This document shows, piece by piece, positions 1 through 12,835 of a stretch of DNA of 64,000 nt. Under the pieces are notes generated by a model that was not told where the DNA came from, searched no databases, and saw only the letters and a program-made list of their open reading frames with translations. This DNA comes from Eledone cirrhosa (taxonomy: Eukaryota), in contig OZ024746.1 of the NCBI GenBank assembly GCA_964016885.1, forward strand, positions 11,470,001 through 11,534,000. The letters are read 5' to 3'. The position numbers and the translations under genes are program-made. Numbering within the stretch: the stretch's first letter is position 1; each line of letters opens with the position of its first letter.

Positions 1-378
1 TCATGATATATGTGTATGTGTGTGTGTGGTAAATACATATCTGTACATATACAGTACAAAATTAACCGAGACTGCATGACTGTGTATATAATATATATAC
101 ACATTGATTATATAGATATGTAAATATGTCAGATTTATGTATTTCCCTGTAGATGGAAATATTAACATCCTTAATCGACTTCAGCTCTTATTGGAGTTTC
201 ATCAGTGGATATTTACATTGAATAACCCAAAACAAATATGTAACTAATGGCCTTATAAAACCTAACCAAATGTAGTACTAATCATGGAATAGAGGTACTA
301 ACTTGCTTGTATTGGTAGTTAATTTTAGTACTAAATTGTGAACTATGTATTGTATATTTCAGTGCACAATTTAATATA

Positions 379-498
379 CAGGGTGGGCCTTTAGTCCTGC
401 ACCAAAGCCTTGAATGTCTTACCGTATTAATACAATACAATGTACATGTATAATAAATTGTTTTTAATGCTTTGGTACGCAACTTACAACCCACCATG
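379..498. mobile_element. Small Tc1/mariner-type MITE (~120 bp)
   Basis: TA flanks at 377-378 and 499-500. Imperfect TIRs: left CAGGGTGGGCCTTTAGTCCTGCACCAAAGC versus reverse complement of the right end CATGGTGGGTTGTAAGTTGCGTACCAAAGC. Confidence 0.6.
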
Positions 499-569
499 TA
501 TATGAAATCCCTCATTGAAAACTACAAATAGTAAGGGGTGGGGGAGTTAACAGTAAATCATTGTACGAG

Positions 570-606
570 TATGTATTGGTATAGTATACTACTATACCAA
601 TACATA
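570..606. repeat. Perfect 17-bp inverted repeat with 3-nt loop
   Basis: TATGTATTGGTATAGTA-TAC-TACTATACCAATACATA, read directly. Confidence 0.9.
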
Positions 607-959
607 GTTTAATGTATACACTAGTTTCACTTGTAGCTGAACAATGTGCCTCATCGTCATTTTTAAAATAATAATAATGTAATTGTGCACAGTGCTTAGG
701 TGCACTACAATTCATCAAAAGTGCATGTATAGTACATAAAATAATGTACTACGTATAATACATAAAATTATGTACAAATGCCAGGAAAGTGAACAATGTA
801 CGAGTCATGATATACACAGATATATGCGTGCGTGTATATAGAGACGGAATATCAGGTGTAGTGTTGGAGAATGTTCCGTGCCTACACGAGTACGATGATA
901 CACAGAAATATAGGTGAGTCATAAGTAACCGGACAGTCAATGTATTTTATTATTACAAG

Positions 960-1581
960 ATTCACAGATAACTTTTTAAACATCCGCTTATTTATGTGTG
1001 GTCAGACATGTTTTTTCCTTTTTGTAATCCATGACGAAATAGCCGTATGCTGGTGGTGAGATGTGGTTCCAGTAGGACAGCACACCTCCGTACTACCGCA
1101 TTGTTTTGTGCAACTGTCTTGGTGAACACTTTCCACAGATGGACCGGACCATGTTGACCTATCGAGAATCCTCCTTCATCTTATACCCTTTCAATTTTTA
1201 GGGGGGGGGGGGGGGGGGTTACGTAAATATGCGAATAGTTTAATGTATACTACTATACTATACCATAGTTTAATGTATACCACTATACTAATATATTGTT
1301 TAATGTATATTACTGAAGAATTCAGTATACGCTGAAAAACGGAGAAGTGTTCAGCAGCTTAAAGCAAGGATAATGAGTTCTTGTGCAGGAATCAGTGTCA
1401 ACTTGTATTCTGTTCTTGATGGAGCTTCAAAATGTATTGAAGGAACGGGGTCAACTTTTTCGAACACTTAAATTAAATTTACAATTGTATTTATAATTTC
1501 GTACTGTATTATAAGAATTTTAGTAAATATCATTTGGAATATAAATGTTGGACTCTCCGGTTATTTATGATTCACTCTGTA
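960..1581 (+). mobile_element. Decayed Tc1/mariner transposase 3' half with right terminus
   Basis: Frameshifted remnants resembling WFQ(Q)D..PP.Y, EHFP..W.G..GP.E.PP, and KNSVYAEKRRSVQQLKARI...KCIE...FEHL*. Ends in CACTCTG-TA at ~1573-1581. Interrupted by a G run at 1201-1218. Confidence 0.6.
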
Positions 1582-2689
1582 TATCGTGTAAATATGAAGC
1601 GAAGAGTTTAATGTATACAACTATACACTAATACGTACTCTACAATATCTCATAAACCTTTGACAGGAAGTGTTTCAGTATGATGCGTTGCACAGGTTTT
1701 GTTTTAACTTTAAAACTGTAACTTTTATCAAATTTGTTATAATCTTCTTATGTCCAATCCACAACTTTACTTTTCCGTTTTTCTTTCTTTCGTTTTTTAA
1801 AACTCCGCCAAGCAACTATTTTTTAAGAGTCGAAATGATCTACCAACGATTAAAATAAGGGAAATAACTCTGATGTAACAAAAATGGAAAGCGACAAATT
1901 ATCTTCCTTGGCAGACAATACGGTTTACTTAAAAAACATTGAAAAAATTTGAAACATTAAATGTTACGTTGCTAAACCATAATTATATATTCTTGAAATG
2001 TTGATAATCACTTTCGTACTAAATACCCGCGGGTTCTCGGACGATAATGGCTCCAGTCAAACAGACATTTAACGTACATTCTAGAATCTCATTAGAACTA
2101 AAACGCGAACGTAGAAAATGCTGGAATGGCCCTTATGGTCTACTAATGTTTTTTAAATTCTGGCTGTCTCTCACTGTGGATTATTTCGTTGAATTTTCTT
2201 TTACTCTTTCGTATTTAAAATTGCGTTCATCTTATGGTTTAAATTAAAATCGGAGATCGACAAAAACATAGTGAAACAGTATCCAAATCTTCCTCAAAGT
2301 ATATTACTGTCTCAAGTAAAGAAGGAAGACACATTGGATAATGTAGTCCGAGATACACTATGTCTGAAAAAAAACCAAAAAACATATCAGACAGTTGTGG
2401 CTGGAATACTTTTACCAGACACAAAACTAAGCTGCATCTCATCTAGATTAATTCTTTCAGTAAATTTCATGACCTGGTTCATCAACTTGATGCTTTTACA
2501 GTTTCTTCTGCCTTACTTTGCTCTTGTAGGTGATGCTGCTGCTACACCAGTCACTAGGTATGACATTGTCCCATATCAATTGGTTTATTATGTGTGGTTA
2601 GTATGTGACTCATCATACCAGATGCTTTCAGCAACTCAGTAACTATTCCTGATGGCTCAGCTGCTTTGCTTGTCTTCATAACCTTAATT

Positions 2690-3250
2690 ACCATACTGTT
2701 GGTCCAACTTGAGGCAGACCATCTTCCTTCCATGCATTCTCCTCATTCAACAGTCTCTTTAAATGGCACTTCCATGTTTCTTTCTTTTCAGCATCAATAA
2801 GGGAAAGTGTACCACTGTCATTACAGATGTACTTAATTTTCCCTCACACATTTCCATGCAATCATGAATGCCTAATGCCTTTGATCCTTCTAACGTAAAA
2901 CATGTACAAACTTCTTACCTAACTAAGTGTACCTGGTGCCTAGCTTCTAAATACTGTTCTCTACTTTCCACATTTTACCATGTCAGTTTCTTAGCTTTAA
3001 TTACTCACCTACATTACTATTCCATCACCATGTTGACATTCATGGCCCTGGGGACTTGCACCAGCCACAGATCATATCTGTAGCCTTCAATAGGTTATCT
3101 TGCATGACTCACCAAAACTCTTCTAATTTACAAATCTGTAACTCTTCTTCCTTACTGTCATAAGCATTAAGCTGGGCATGCCTGATTTTGTCACCACCTC
3201 TCTTAACTTCCATGTTCTTCTACTCCAATTTGCCTTCCATTCCTGTGTTT
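2690..3250 (-). mobile_element. Highly degraded RTE-type LINE fragment
   Basis: Resembles by eye the reverse complement of the better-preserved RTE ORF ends at 31399-31848 and 42033-42383. Confidence 0.4.
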
Positions 3251-4122
3251 GTCTAGCTCTAACTCTCCATATAAAGATGAACTAGGAGTCATTAGAGAGT
3301 CAGATAAAATATTTAGCAGTATTTGTTTTGATTCTCAGCACTGTGAGTTTAAAACCTGCTGGGGTCAACTTTGTCTTTCATCTTCTGGTATCTGTTCTAG
3401 TTTCCTGAATTCAGATTATTTTCCGTCCAGTTGGCACTTGACCAGTATGGGCAGGTAGACCTAAAGCCAACATAGTTATTGAGGCTTCATCCTACTGTGG
3501 AATGAGAGTGGCTAGGTTGAAAAAATGTATATGCATATATATATATATACACACACACACATACATACAAGCAACCATCTCCAATTGATCTGGCTGGATC
3601 CCCAAGCAAGACCAACCAAGCATATGTATATATATATATATATGAGTATGTGTGTTTGTGTCTAGTGTTAGAAGTGCTTCTTCAATGGAAACCTACCTCT
3701 TGATGTAACAAAAGCCCAGCCTCATGAATAATGCCTTGATAGGCTACCCTATTTACTGAGATATAACAATGGTTAAAATAAGTTGGGGGTTCCTTACTCA
3801 CTTTCCTCTAGCAGAATGAATTTTGTTATTTAGGATACATATTCTTAATGGGGAAAGTGGTATTTTATTACAGATAAATGTCCTTTTACTGATTATCAAA
3901 CCAATGAACTGGTGGAAGCTATTACTACTGGCAACCAGAGTTGAATATGTCTACCAGGAAAATGACTAAAGAGCAAGGGCATTAATTAATGACTTAACTT
4001 TAGGGTCCACTTGTACCTCATAAACTCATTCACACAAATACGTATTTATAGAAACATATTTATGAGTGATTGTGTGTTGAGAATTTGTAGTTACTATTAG
4101 TAGTCTATGTCAGTAACAGTTA

Positions 4123-4505
4123 TCATCATCATCATTATTATCGTTTTTATGTCTATTTTTCCACACTTGCATGGGTTGGACAGGTCCTTCTCAGCTCAGT
4201 ATCTTTCCACTCGTCGCATTCCTTCATCATCTCCTCTGTGAGTCTGTGATTTGAGGTCAGCTCTCACAACCTTTTCCCATGTCTTTCTTGGTCTACTTCT
4301 ACTGCGACATCCTTTCACTGGCATGTCCTGGCACTTCTTCACCCAATGATCATTGTCCATACCAACAGCCTTCTTTCCAGCACCCCCACCTCAGATTCCT
4401 CTTAAACCCAGCTTCTCCCGTAACTTCTCCAAGTTCTGTCTTTCTTTCACACATACATTGCACACCCAACGAAGCATGGTTGCTTCATTTCTCTCCAGTC
4501 TACTG
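4123..4505 (-). mobile_element. RTE LINE 3' fragment with (CAT)n tail
   Basis: (CAT)n tail followed by ttttccacacttgcatgggttggac; body similar to the RTE C-terminus at 42033-42383. Confidence 0.65.
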
Positions 4506-4906
4506 ATAAAAAAAGATTAGATATGTTACCTCATGGGGTATTAGCAGTGTGTTTATTATATTTAAACATATTGTATATGCTTCCATATACGTCTCTATTT
4601 TGAATCACGCTGTGTTAGTGTTACTGCTAATTAATACTAGCCAGTCAAGCCTGCACTATATGCAAATAAGCCTCTCCATAAATGTATTATTTTTAGCTTT
4701 CTTGCCTCAGTATCGACCGAGTAAGCAAACCTCACTGATGATGAATTAAAGATACTGAAATACTGTAGTATTTGGGATTCTCACAATTACTGGGGTAGCT
4801 GTGACATGATCACAGCTTAAAATAATCACAAGACATTATATGTGAACATATTGTATATACTACTGTATACATCTCTATATTATATATGCTACCATATTCA
4901 CATGTA

Positions 4907-5235
4907 AAGGCACATAGCTTAGTAGTTAGAGAGCTGGGCTTGCAATCATGAACTTCTGAGTTCAATTCTCAGCCCTGGTAATGTGTTGTGTCCTTGAGCA
5001 AGACACTTTATTTTTATGTTGTTCAAGTTTACTCAGCTGTAGTTGCAACGTCCCTGCCAAGCTGTATCAGCCTTTCCCTTGAACAACATCAGTGGCATGG
5101 AGAGGGGAGACCGGTATGCATGGGCGACTGCTGGTCTTCCACAAAAAAAACCTTGCCTGGACTTATATCTCGGATGAGAACTTTCTATGTGCAAATCCCA
5201 TTCATGACCAAAGGGGGTCTTTATCCTTTACCCTT
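4907..5235 (+). mobile_element. tRNA-derived CORE-type SINE
   Basis: A-box-like TAGCTTAGTAGTTAGAG, B-box GAGTTCAATTCTC and CORE-like GTGTTGTGTCCTTGAGCAAGACACTTTA. Same head as 33295-33437. Confidence 0.75.
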
Positions 5236-6471
5236 ATACCTCTATACTATGTGTAAACATATAATATATGCTACCATATTTACCTCTATGTTACCTCAGC
5301 TACATCACCTTATTTTACTAATCTCTGTCATTTGACTGCAGCCATGCCAGGGAATTGCCATCAAAGTGTTAGTTGATCAAATCAACCCCCAGTACCTTGT
5401 TCTGTCTGGTACTTATTTTATTGAAGTATAGCAAAGTTATCAATATTTACCTGACTGTATCACATATGCCCCTCTCTCACACACAGAGACACATACATAT
5501 ATATACACATATTTATATTAATAGTCTAGCTCCATACTACCAGCAGTTTCAATACAAAAACCCAAAGTTAAGTCAAACTTTCAATATAAATATTTAACTT
5601 ACATGTTATATGTTCATTGCTCTTTTCTTTCGTTTCTACCCACAGCTGTATAAATATGTGTATGTGTGAGTGTGCATGTGTATATGTGTGTGTGCATGCA
5701 TGTATATATATGTACATATTTAACTGACATCGACAATCAATTAGAAATATAATGAACTGAAAAATAACAAAAAGTTTTGTTTTTTTTAATGAAAAGAAAA
5801 GAAACATTTGTTTATGAAACAGAAATATGTTAAATGGTGATAATTAAAATATACTTCATTATGAAACAAGTCTTTTTTTTAAATATTTCTTTGAGAAAAT
5901 AACAAGGAAATGCTGAGAGTTGCTGGATTTGACAAACTGTCTCTCGTTTTCTGAAATGACCTCGTTATGGTAATGAGGTACTGAGATGAAATGTGATGAA
6001 AGATGAGATGAAAATGATGAAAATAAAAACATCAGAAGTTAGGTAGATGTAGCGAGAGAGATGTGGATTGTATGATGTTGATTCGTAATAACCCTCCACA
6101 CTATCCTCAACATCTACCAAGACAAGGAGGAAAATATAGGTAAAGGATTGAGATAGATGATGTTAATGAGACTATAGGATAGAGAGAGAGGAGATAGATA
6201 GATAGGTAGATAGAGAGACAGATAAATAGATTGAAAAAGAAAGATACATAGGTAGGTAGATAGCGAGAGGGATAAAGAGGAGGGAGAGGAGGAGGAAGAT
6301 GAAGAATTTTTTTTTAAATAAGAAAGATGAGAGAAAAAGAGAGAAGTGGTTTTAAATAAGATGAAAGGTAGAGTGGGAAAGAGAGAGAGGGAGTGAATGC
6401 GTGAGAGATAAAGATAAAGTAAGAAATGAATTGAGGAGAGAAGTAGCATGGGTTTAATGAGAGATAGGAGA

Positions 6472-6662
6472 AATAATTGTTTCTACTTTTGGCACAAGGC
6501 CAGCAATTATCCCAGTGCATTACTGGTACTTTATTTTAGCGACCCCGTAAGGATGAAAGGCAAAGTTAACCTCGACGGGATTTGAACTCAGAATGGCAAG
6601 GGCCGTAACTCTATGCGTCAAAGCATGGCGTACAACCCTCTGCCGATACTGCCAACCCACCG
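6472..6662 (-). mobile_element. Young tRNA-derived SINE (octopus OK-like family), copy 1
   Basis: Near-identical to the copies at 7513-7699, 8401-8590, 23101-23244 and 60558-60748. B-box GAGTTCAAATCCC on the minus strand. Confidence 0.9.
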
Positions 6663-7512
6663 AGAAATAATAAAGTCTAATAACAACAAAAGTAGAGAGA
6701 CAAGGGAGAGAGATATGGATGGGGTGATAGATTTTAGAGGAGCAATGAGAGAAGAGAGAGAAAGAAAGTGTAACAAAGTTGTAGTGGGAAGAGAGAGAGT
6801 GTGAGAGAGAAGGGAGCATGTAGCAAAGCAGGAGGAGCAGTTAAAGCGAAAAGGAGGAGTTGGTAAAAGATTGAAAGAGAAAAAAAGGAGGAATGTATAA
6901 GCATTTCTAAGAAAGGCCCCTTACCACAAATTAAATCACACCTATATTAGTTGGTACTTAGTTTATTGATCCCTGTAATTATGAAAGACAAATGTTAATC
7001 CCTGGCAGGAAGCCCAGGATGTAGAAAGATACTAACTAAATACTATAAGTTGTTAATAGACTTAATCCATCACCTGGTCTAACAACATTGGTCAGTGTTG
7101 CATTTGGGCAAAGCCCTTGACTAAAAATAACCTTCTCTGATCGGCCTCAGAGGCCCTGAGATAGATTATAGATACTGCCCTTCAACCTATGACTAAGCTA
7201 TTTAGAAAAAAAAATATATATATATTCTCGCGAGATAGTATAGTGAATTCTAATACAGGTACAAGACCAAACATTTAGGATGAGAAGGAGAAGACTTATA
7301 TCGACCTCAGTACTTAACAGGTACTTTATTTTGTTGACCCCCCCCTAAAAGAATGAAAGGTAAATTTAACTACAACAGGATTTAAATACTGTCTGACATT
7401 TTGTGGGAAACACTAATTACTCTGTCAACCCAGCACCCCTTCAGGAGATAGTATATCAGAAACCCTGAAGAGGATTAGTTATCTTCTCATGGATTACAAG
7501 TTCAAATTTAAT

Positions 7513-7699
7513 TGTTTCTACTATTGGCACAAGGCCAGAAAATTACCCAGTACATTACTGGTACTTTATTTTATCGACCCCGTAAGGATGAAAGGCAAAG
7601 TTAACCTCGGCGGGATTTGAACTCAGAATGGCAAGGGCCGTAACTCTATGCGTCAAAGCATGGCGTCCGAACCTCTACCGATACTGCCAATCCACCGCC
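7513..7699 (-). mobile_element. Young SINE, copy 2, full length with 13-bp TSD
   Basis: Flanked by the direct repeat GTTCAAATTTAAT at 7500-7512 and 7700-7712. Confidence 0.92.
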
Positions 7700-8400
7700 G
7701 TTCAAATTTAATGTCTGCCATTTTGTTGTATCTAAGAACAAGGACTACTTTATCTTGTTATTACTGTATGCTAGCATGGAACATAGACGGATGATGATGA
7801 TGATGATGACGTGTATTGCTCCTATCATATTTGAGGGGAGGGGGAGGCAGACATTCATAATTTTCTGACAAAAATGACATTCTCCACCTAAAATGTTTTT
7901 TGGTGGTGCACCCCCCTCCCCCCAGCAATACCCTACTGTTTATTATTACTATATAGTTATTAGACTATTTATTGTTAACTAATGTATCTTTATTGCTGAT
8001 TTCCTTCTTTTACCAGGTGTAAACTGTTTTGTATTTCACCATTGTACTGTATCCAGAAGCAAGGTAGTCTCAGCAACACAAACTGAGTGCTAAGGGTCAG
8101 AGGAAAGTTTTCACTGCTAAAGGGTTTCCCTCATTTCAATCTTTGAGCAGGGGCTATGAGTTCAGTTTTCCATGACATTTTTTGTAGTTGTTTTTCTTTC
8201 TAACCAGCCCAATGACCCACTGGACACTGCTCAAATGTATGACTGGTCAACCTCTGACCCAACATCTTGGAGACTTATGGCTAATAAAAGAGATCTTTAT
8301 TATTATTATAATGGACCCAATATAATTAACTACCCCTTCCTCCAATAAATTTGTAGCCTTGTACATATGTTAGATACAGTTATTATTATTATTATTATTA

Positions 8401-8590
8401 TGGATTGGCAGTATCGGTAGAGGGTCGGACGCTATGCTTTGACGCATAGAGTTACGGCCCTTGCCATTTCTGAGTTCAAATCCCGCCGAGGTTAACTTTA
8501 CCTTTCATCCTTACGGGGTCAATAAAATAAAGTACCAGTAATGCACTGGGCAATTGCTGGCCTTGTGCCAAAAAAGTAGAAACTATTATT
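8401..8590 (+). mobile_element. Young SINE, copy 3
   Basis: TGGATTGGCAGTATCGGTAGAGG...GAGTTCAAATCCCGCCGAGG...GTAGAAAC followed by an (ATT)n tail. Confidence 0.9.
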
Positions 8591-8599
8591 ATTATTATT

Positions 8600-9530
8600 T
8601 GGAAGTATCAGACAACATGCTTTGCAGCATATAGTTATGGCCCTTTAAATTCAGAGTTCAGATCTAGCTGAGGTTAGATTTGCCTTTCATCCTTATGGGG
8701 TCAATAAAACAAAGTACCAGCAATTCACTGGGGTTGACTTTCCTCTTCCCTTCAAATTACTGGCCTTATAGCAAAAGTAGAAATAATTATCAGGTGTTGT
8801 AATTGCATCAACAACACAGATAGTAATATGAGGCTGTGTGACTGTGAGGCTGTGTGACTGTGAGGCTGTGTGACTGTGTGACTGTGTGACTGTGAGGCTG
8901 TGTGACTGTGAGGCTGTGTGACTGTGAGCCAGTTAAAAGTCATTAGTCTTATAACTGTTGTGATTGTGTGAGATCTGTATTTACTACTCACAGTTTAGGG
9001 AATAGTGGAACTCATGATTCCAGTAGACAGAATGGAGAAAACAGTACCCCAAAAGATGGTGAGGGAAACATGCTGGAACAGCCACTCCAACTTGCGGGAC
9101 TTGCAGCCAAATTGTTAAAGTATCGGAGAAAATGTTTTATGGTAATTGTTCTAGCTCTTTTCATTCTGAGTTCAAATCCTGCTGAAGTCAACTTTGAATT
9201 TCATCCTTTAGAGATTTGGAGTTGATAAAATAAAGTACCAGTCCAGTACAGCTGGGTGGGGAGTGATTTAATAAACTGATCCCTCCCTACAAATTTGTAG
9301 CCTTATTACCATTATAACTATAATTATAATTGTTATTAAGGGCAGTGATAGGGAGTATCATTAAAGTATTGGACAAAATACCTTGTGGTATTTAGTTATG
9401 TCTCTTTATGTTCTGAGTTCAAATCCTGCTGAGATTAATAAAATAAAGTACTGGGGTCAATTTAAGCCCCCCCCCCTCCTTCTTATAATTTCTGGCCTTG
9501 TGTCTATATTAGAAACTATTATTATTATGA
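8600..9530 (+). mobile_element. Cluster of three older copies of the same SINE family (~8600-8790, ~9110-9330, ~9340-9530)
   Basis: Each has a GAGTTCA(A/G)ATC B-box, an ATAAAA..AAGTAC core and an (ATT)n-like tail. Confidence 0.7.
8829..8928. repeat. 16-bp minisatellite (GAGGCTGTGTGACTGT)n, ~6 copies
   Basis: Direct reading. Confidence 0.85.
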
Positions 9531-10058
9531 AGAGGGTTTACTAAAACGGAGGAAAAAGAGAGGGACTGGGAGAGAGAGAGAGAGAAGGATGTAAGGGGAG
9601 GATTTGTGGGAGAGAACAAAGAGGTGTTAAAGTAGGAGAAGGAAAGAAAAGGTCTTTAGGATATGTAATAGAGGAGGAGATGAAACGTTTGAGTAGTAGA
9701 GAGAAGAGTTGTAGTAAGTGAGGGGAAGTTGAAAAGAAAGTATATAACAAATTTGAGGGGTGGGGGGAGGGGGCAGTGGAAACGGAAAATTAAAAGAGAA
9801 GGACAGTAACAAAAATATAAAGTTTGGAGATGTTATAACGAATGCTGCTGATGATGGTGATGATGATGATGGGAATGATGATAACGATGATGATTATGGG
9901 AGATGATAATAATAATGATGAGAGTCATGCAAAGGCAGTATTAGTGTCTTAATCGATCGATGAAAACATTTCTGAACATAATTTATAGTCAAATATGTAC
10001 AATGACAAATATGAGACAGAAACAGTGATATTTTAACAACATTGTCTCCTGTGTGTGT

Positions 10059-10120
<62 letters not shown>

Positions 10121-10409
10121 CATACACACACACTTATACATACATACAACCAGATGCACAAGTATACACACAGGCATACCAAAGTATTTATATGTATAAA
10201 TACTAACACACTGACAATTCAACAACACTTTTCTTCTTTTTTTGTTGTTGTCTTTATATTATATATTATATTATTATATTATATATTATATTATATTATA
10301 TTATATACACAATATCCATGAATAATAACAATTTTTCCATTATTTTCGTTTTTTTTTCCAGATATAAAAAAAATCATCTTTAATATATACAGTTAAACAA
10401 AGAGCGACG

Positions 10410-10818
10410 GACAGGAGATGGTATATTTTGATAGCTACCTCAATGGTCTCTCATGACACCAGACTGAAGACAGGAGATGGTGTACTTTGATAGCTACCTC
10501 AATGGTCTCTCATGACACCAGACTGAAGACAGGAGATGGTGTACTTTGATAGCTACCTCAATGGTCTCTCATGACACCAGACTGAAGACAGGAGATGGTG
10601 TACTTTGATAGCTACCTCAATGGTCTCTCATGACACCAGACTGAAGACAGGAGATGGTGTACTTTGATAGCTACCTCAATGGTCTCTCATGACACCAGAC
10701 TGAAGACAGGAGATGGTGTACTTTGATAGCTACCTCAATGGTCTCTCATGACACCAGACTGAAGACAGGAGATGGTGTACTTCGAAAGCTACCTCAATGG
10801 TCTCTCATGACACCAGAC
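10410..10818. repeat. 59-bp tandem repeat, ~7 near-identical copies
   Basis: Unit GACAGGAGATGGTGTACTTTGATAGCTACCTCAATGGTCTCTCATGACACCAGACTGAA. Confidence 0.95.
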
Positions 10819-10989
10819 CAACGACACAGTGTGCCACACATGAAACTGAAGACACAGAGTGCTATACATTGGGACTCCATGGCTAAACCTACAAATTTTA
10901 TTGTTACATGCGAGACTTGTTTGCTAGTATTTTGGCATCTGTCATTAGACTGGGAACATTCCAAGGTGTGGTGACTGCTGAATAATAGT

Positions 10990-11660
10990 CAACTTAAAGA
11001 CCAAAACTCTACGAAACACAGTTTGGCAAAGATGCTTACCAAAAGTTTGGTAATATAGTTGGGAAAGCACAAACGAATGCAATACCCAGCAGATCAATGT
11101 ACAACAACCTCCACTTCATGCGATACATTATAGAGAAGGTCAGAGCTAAATCTCGCTTCAGAGGGACTCTGATCAATTTAGATCAGTCTAAATTATAAAA
11201 CTGGGTGGATCGTCATAAACTAGCAGTTATTCTAAGCAGAGTTGACTTTGGTCCTGTCTTCAGAAGCTAGATCATTAGAATGCACATATCACATCCTTTG
11301 TCCATCAAGGATTCACCCTCTTGTCTTCTCTCTATGTTTTAGTGCTGGAGCCATTGTTACAAAGGCTGGAGACATTGAGGGGCATTCAACTGGGACACAA
11401 AAGAGTAATATGTGTCTACACAGATGACATGTCATCATCATGGTGTAGGAGACACCAGAAATTGAGGTGGTTGGTACCATTCAGGAGCAGTACCAGGTAA
11501 AAAGAGCACACATTAACTTGAATAAGTTAGTGGGCTTGCAACTCAGCACTTGAAGAGGTATGTCCGTGTGGGACAGTGGCTTCTGTCACTGAGATGAGGA
11601 CCCAGTTAAAATAGGAAAGATCATGAATAGGGTAGCCAGTCTCAGAAATGGGCTGAGAAA
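10990..11660 (+). mobile_element. Degraded L1/Tx1-like reverse transcriptase fragment
   Basis: Broken translation LAKMLTK...GKAQTNAIPSRSMYNNLHFMRYIIEKV...LINLDQSK...SLYVLVLEPLLQRLETLRG...YTDD follows the RT motif order. Confidence 0.7.
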
Positions 11661-12699
11661 GTTCAAGGGAAAGTGGCTGACATCTTCATCACTTCAATGT
11701 CTGATTGTGGTGCATGTTTTGGGAGCATGTACCCTTTCAGTTTTTGTAGAAGGGATTTGTTCCTTTGAGTTGGAGGGCCATCTGTTGCCAGCACTTCCTC
11801 CAAAGGTGTCTCAAGATGCTGTAACTGATGACGTGCAAGCACATACAAAAGCTGGACAATCATGAGGTTTTAATGGAGATAATCAACTTTCATACAACGT
11901 CTTTTGTCAACTTGTCTCTTCAACTGAGTTGCCATCCTGGCTCTAACACAGACTGATGCTGGACTTTGGCTATTTGGAATGTTTCCAGGCACTCATTTTA
12001 CTCAACAAGCTAAAGCATATGGTTGATGGAAAGGTAACTCTCGTATTCCATAAATGGTTGGTGGAGGAGATGAATGATGACAGCCAGGGGACAATTCTGA
12101 GCAAAGTTAACCCTTGAATTCCATAAAGGGTTAGTGGAAAGTATGAATAGTGACAGCCTGGGTACAATTCTGAGCATTCATTAAGACAGTTTAAGTGGTC
12201 AATTTTGGATGACTTTGATGTCAAACATCAACAATTTCCAAAAGACTTTGGCCTGGCAGTGCTACTAAGAGTGGGGATGTCTCTTCAGGGCAATCTGTAC
12301 AGTTGTGGCTCTATTAGATGTCTAAGATGTACACAAGGTAACAAAACTATCAGGTGCACAAATGGTGAGTAAATGTGCATTGCTGGATCTATGAGTGTAA
12401 GTGGTGGAACTAGCATGGCTAAATGGTCAGACACTTACTATGCAGATATAGACTAGTGGCAAGACCTGGTGAGTCATGGTAATCCAAGGTACCCCCAAAC
12501 ATCGCTATGTGGATGCACTCTACCCCCTCTTATTAGAAGTATCCTTTTTGTTATCAGTTTACTATTACTGCTATAAATGATATTTATCTATAGTTATGTT
12601 GATCTCAACTCTTGTCCTATCTTCAATATTTTGGACCCTTGTGCTTCAATCAAAAACCATTATTATTATTATTATTTGTAACACTTTTGTTCTGGCAGA

Positions 12700-12835
12700 T
12701 ATTCTACCAACACGATACCAAAAGAGTGAACCATAGCCAATGGCCAAAGGTCCTTTGGGTCATTCCTTCTCCTCCTTAGAATTCTTGCTGTTCCCAACAA
12801 GGCTGTTTTCTGCAACAATCCTGTCCTAATTATTA
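12700..12835 (-). mobile_element. R4/Dong-like (RLE) non-LTR retrotransposon 3' end
   Basis: Minus strand reads IRTGLLQKTALLGTARILRR, which resembles the conserved C-terminus of R4/Dong ORFs. Confidence 0.55.

Noticed and set aside
2271-2642. Protein-coding gene call for the 123-aa ORF
   Set aside because: GTG start, no recognizable family, and the 3' part runs into decayed repeat sequence; left as a low-interest finding.
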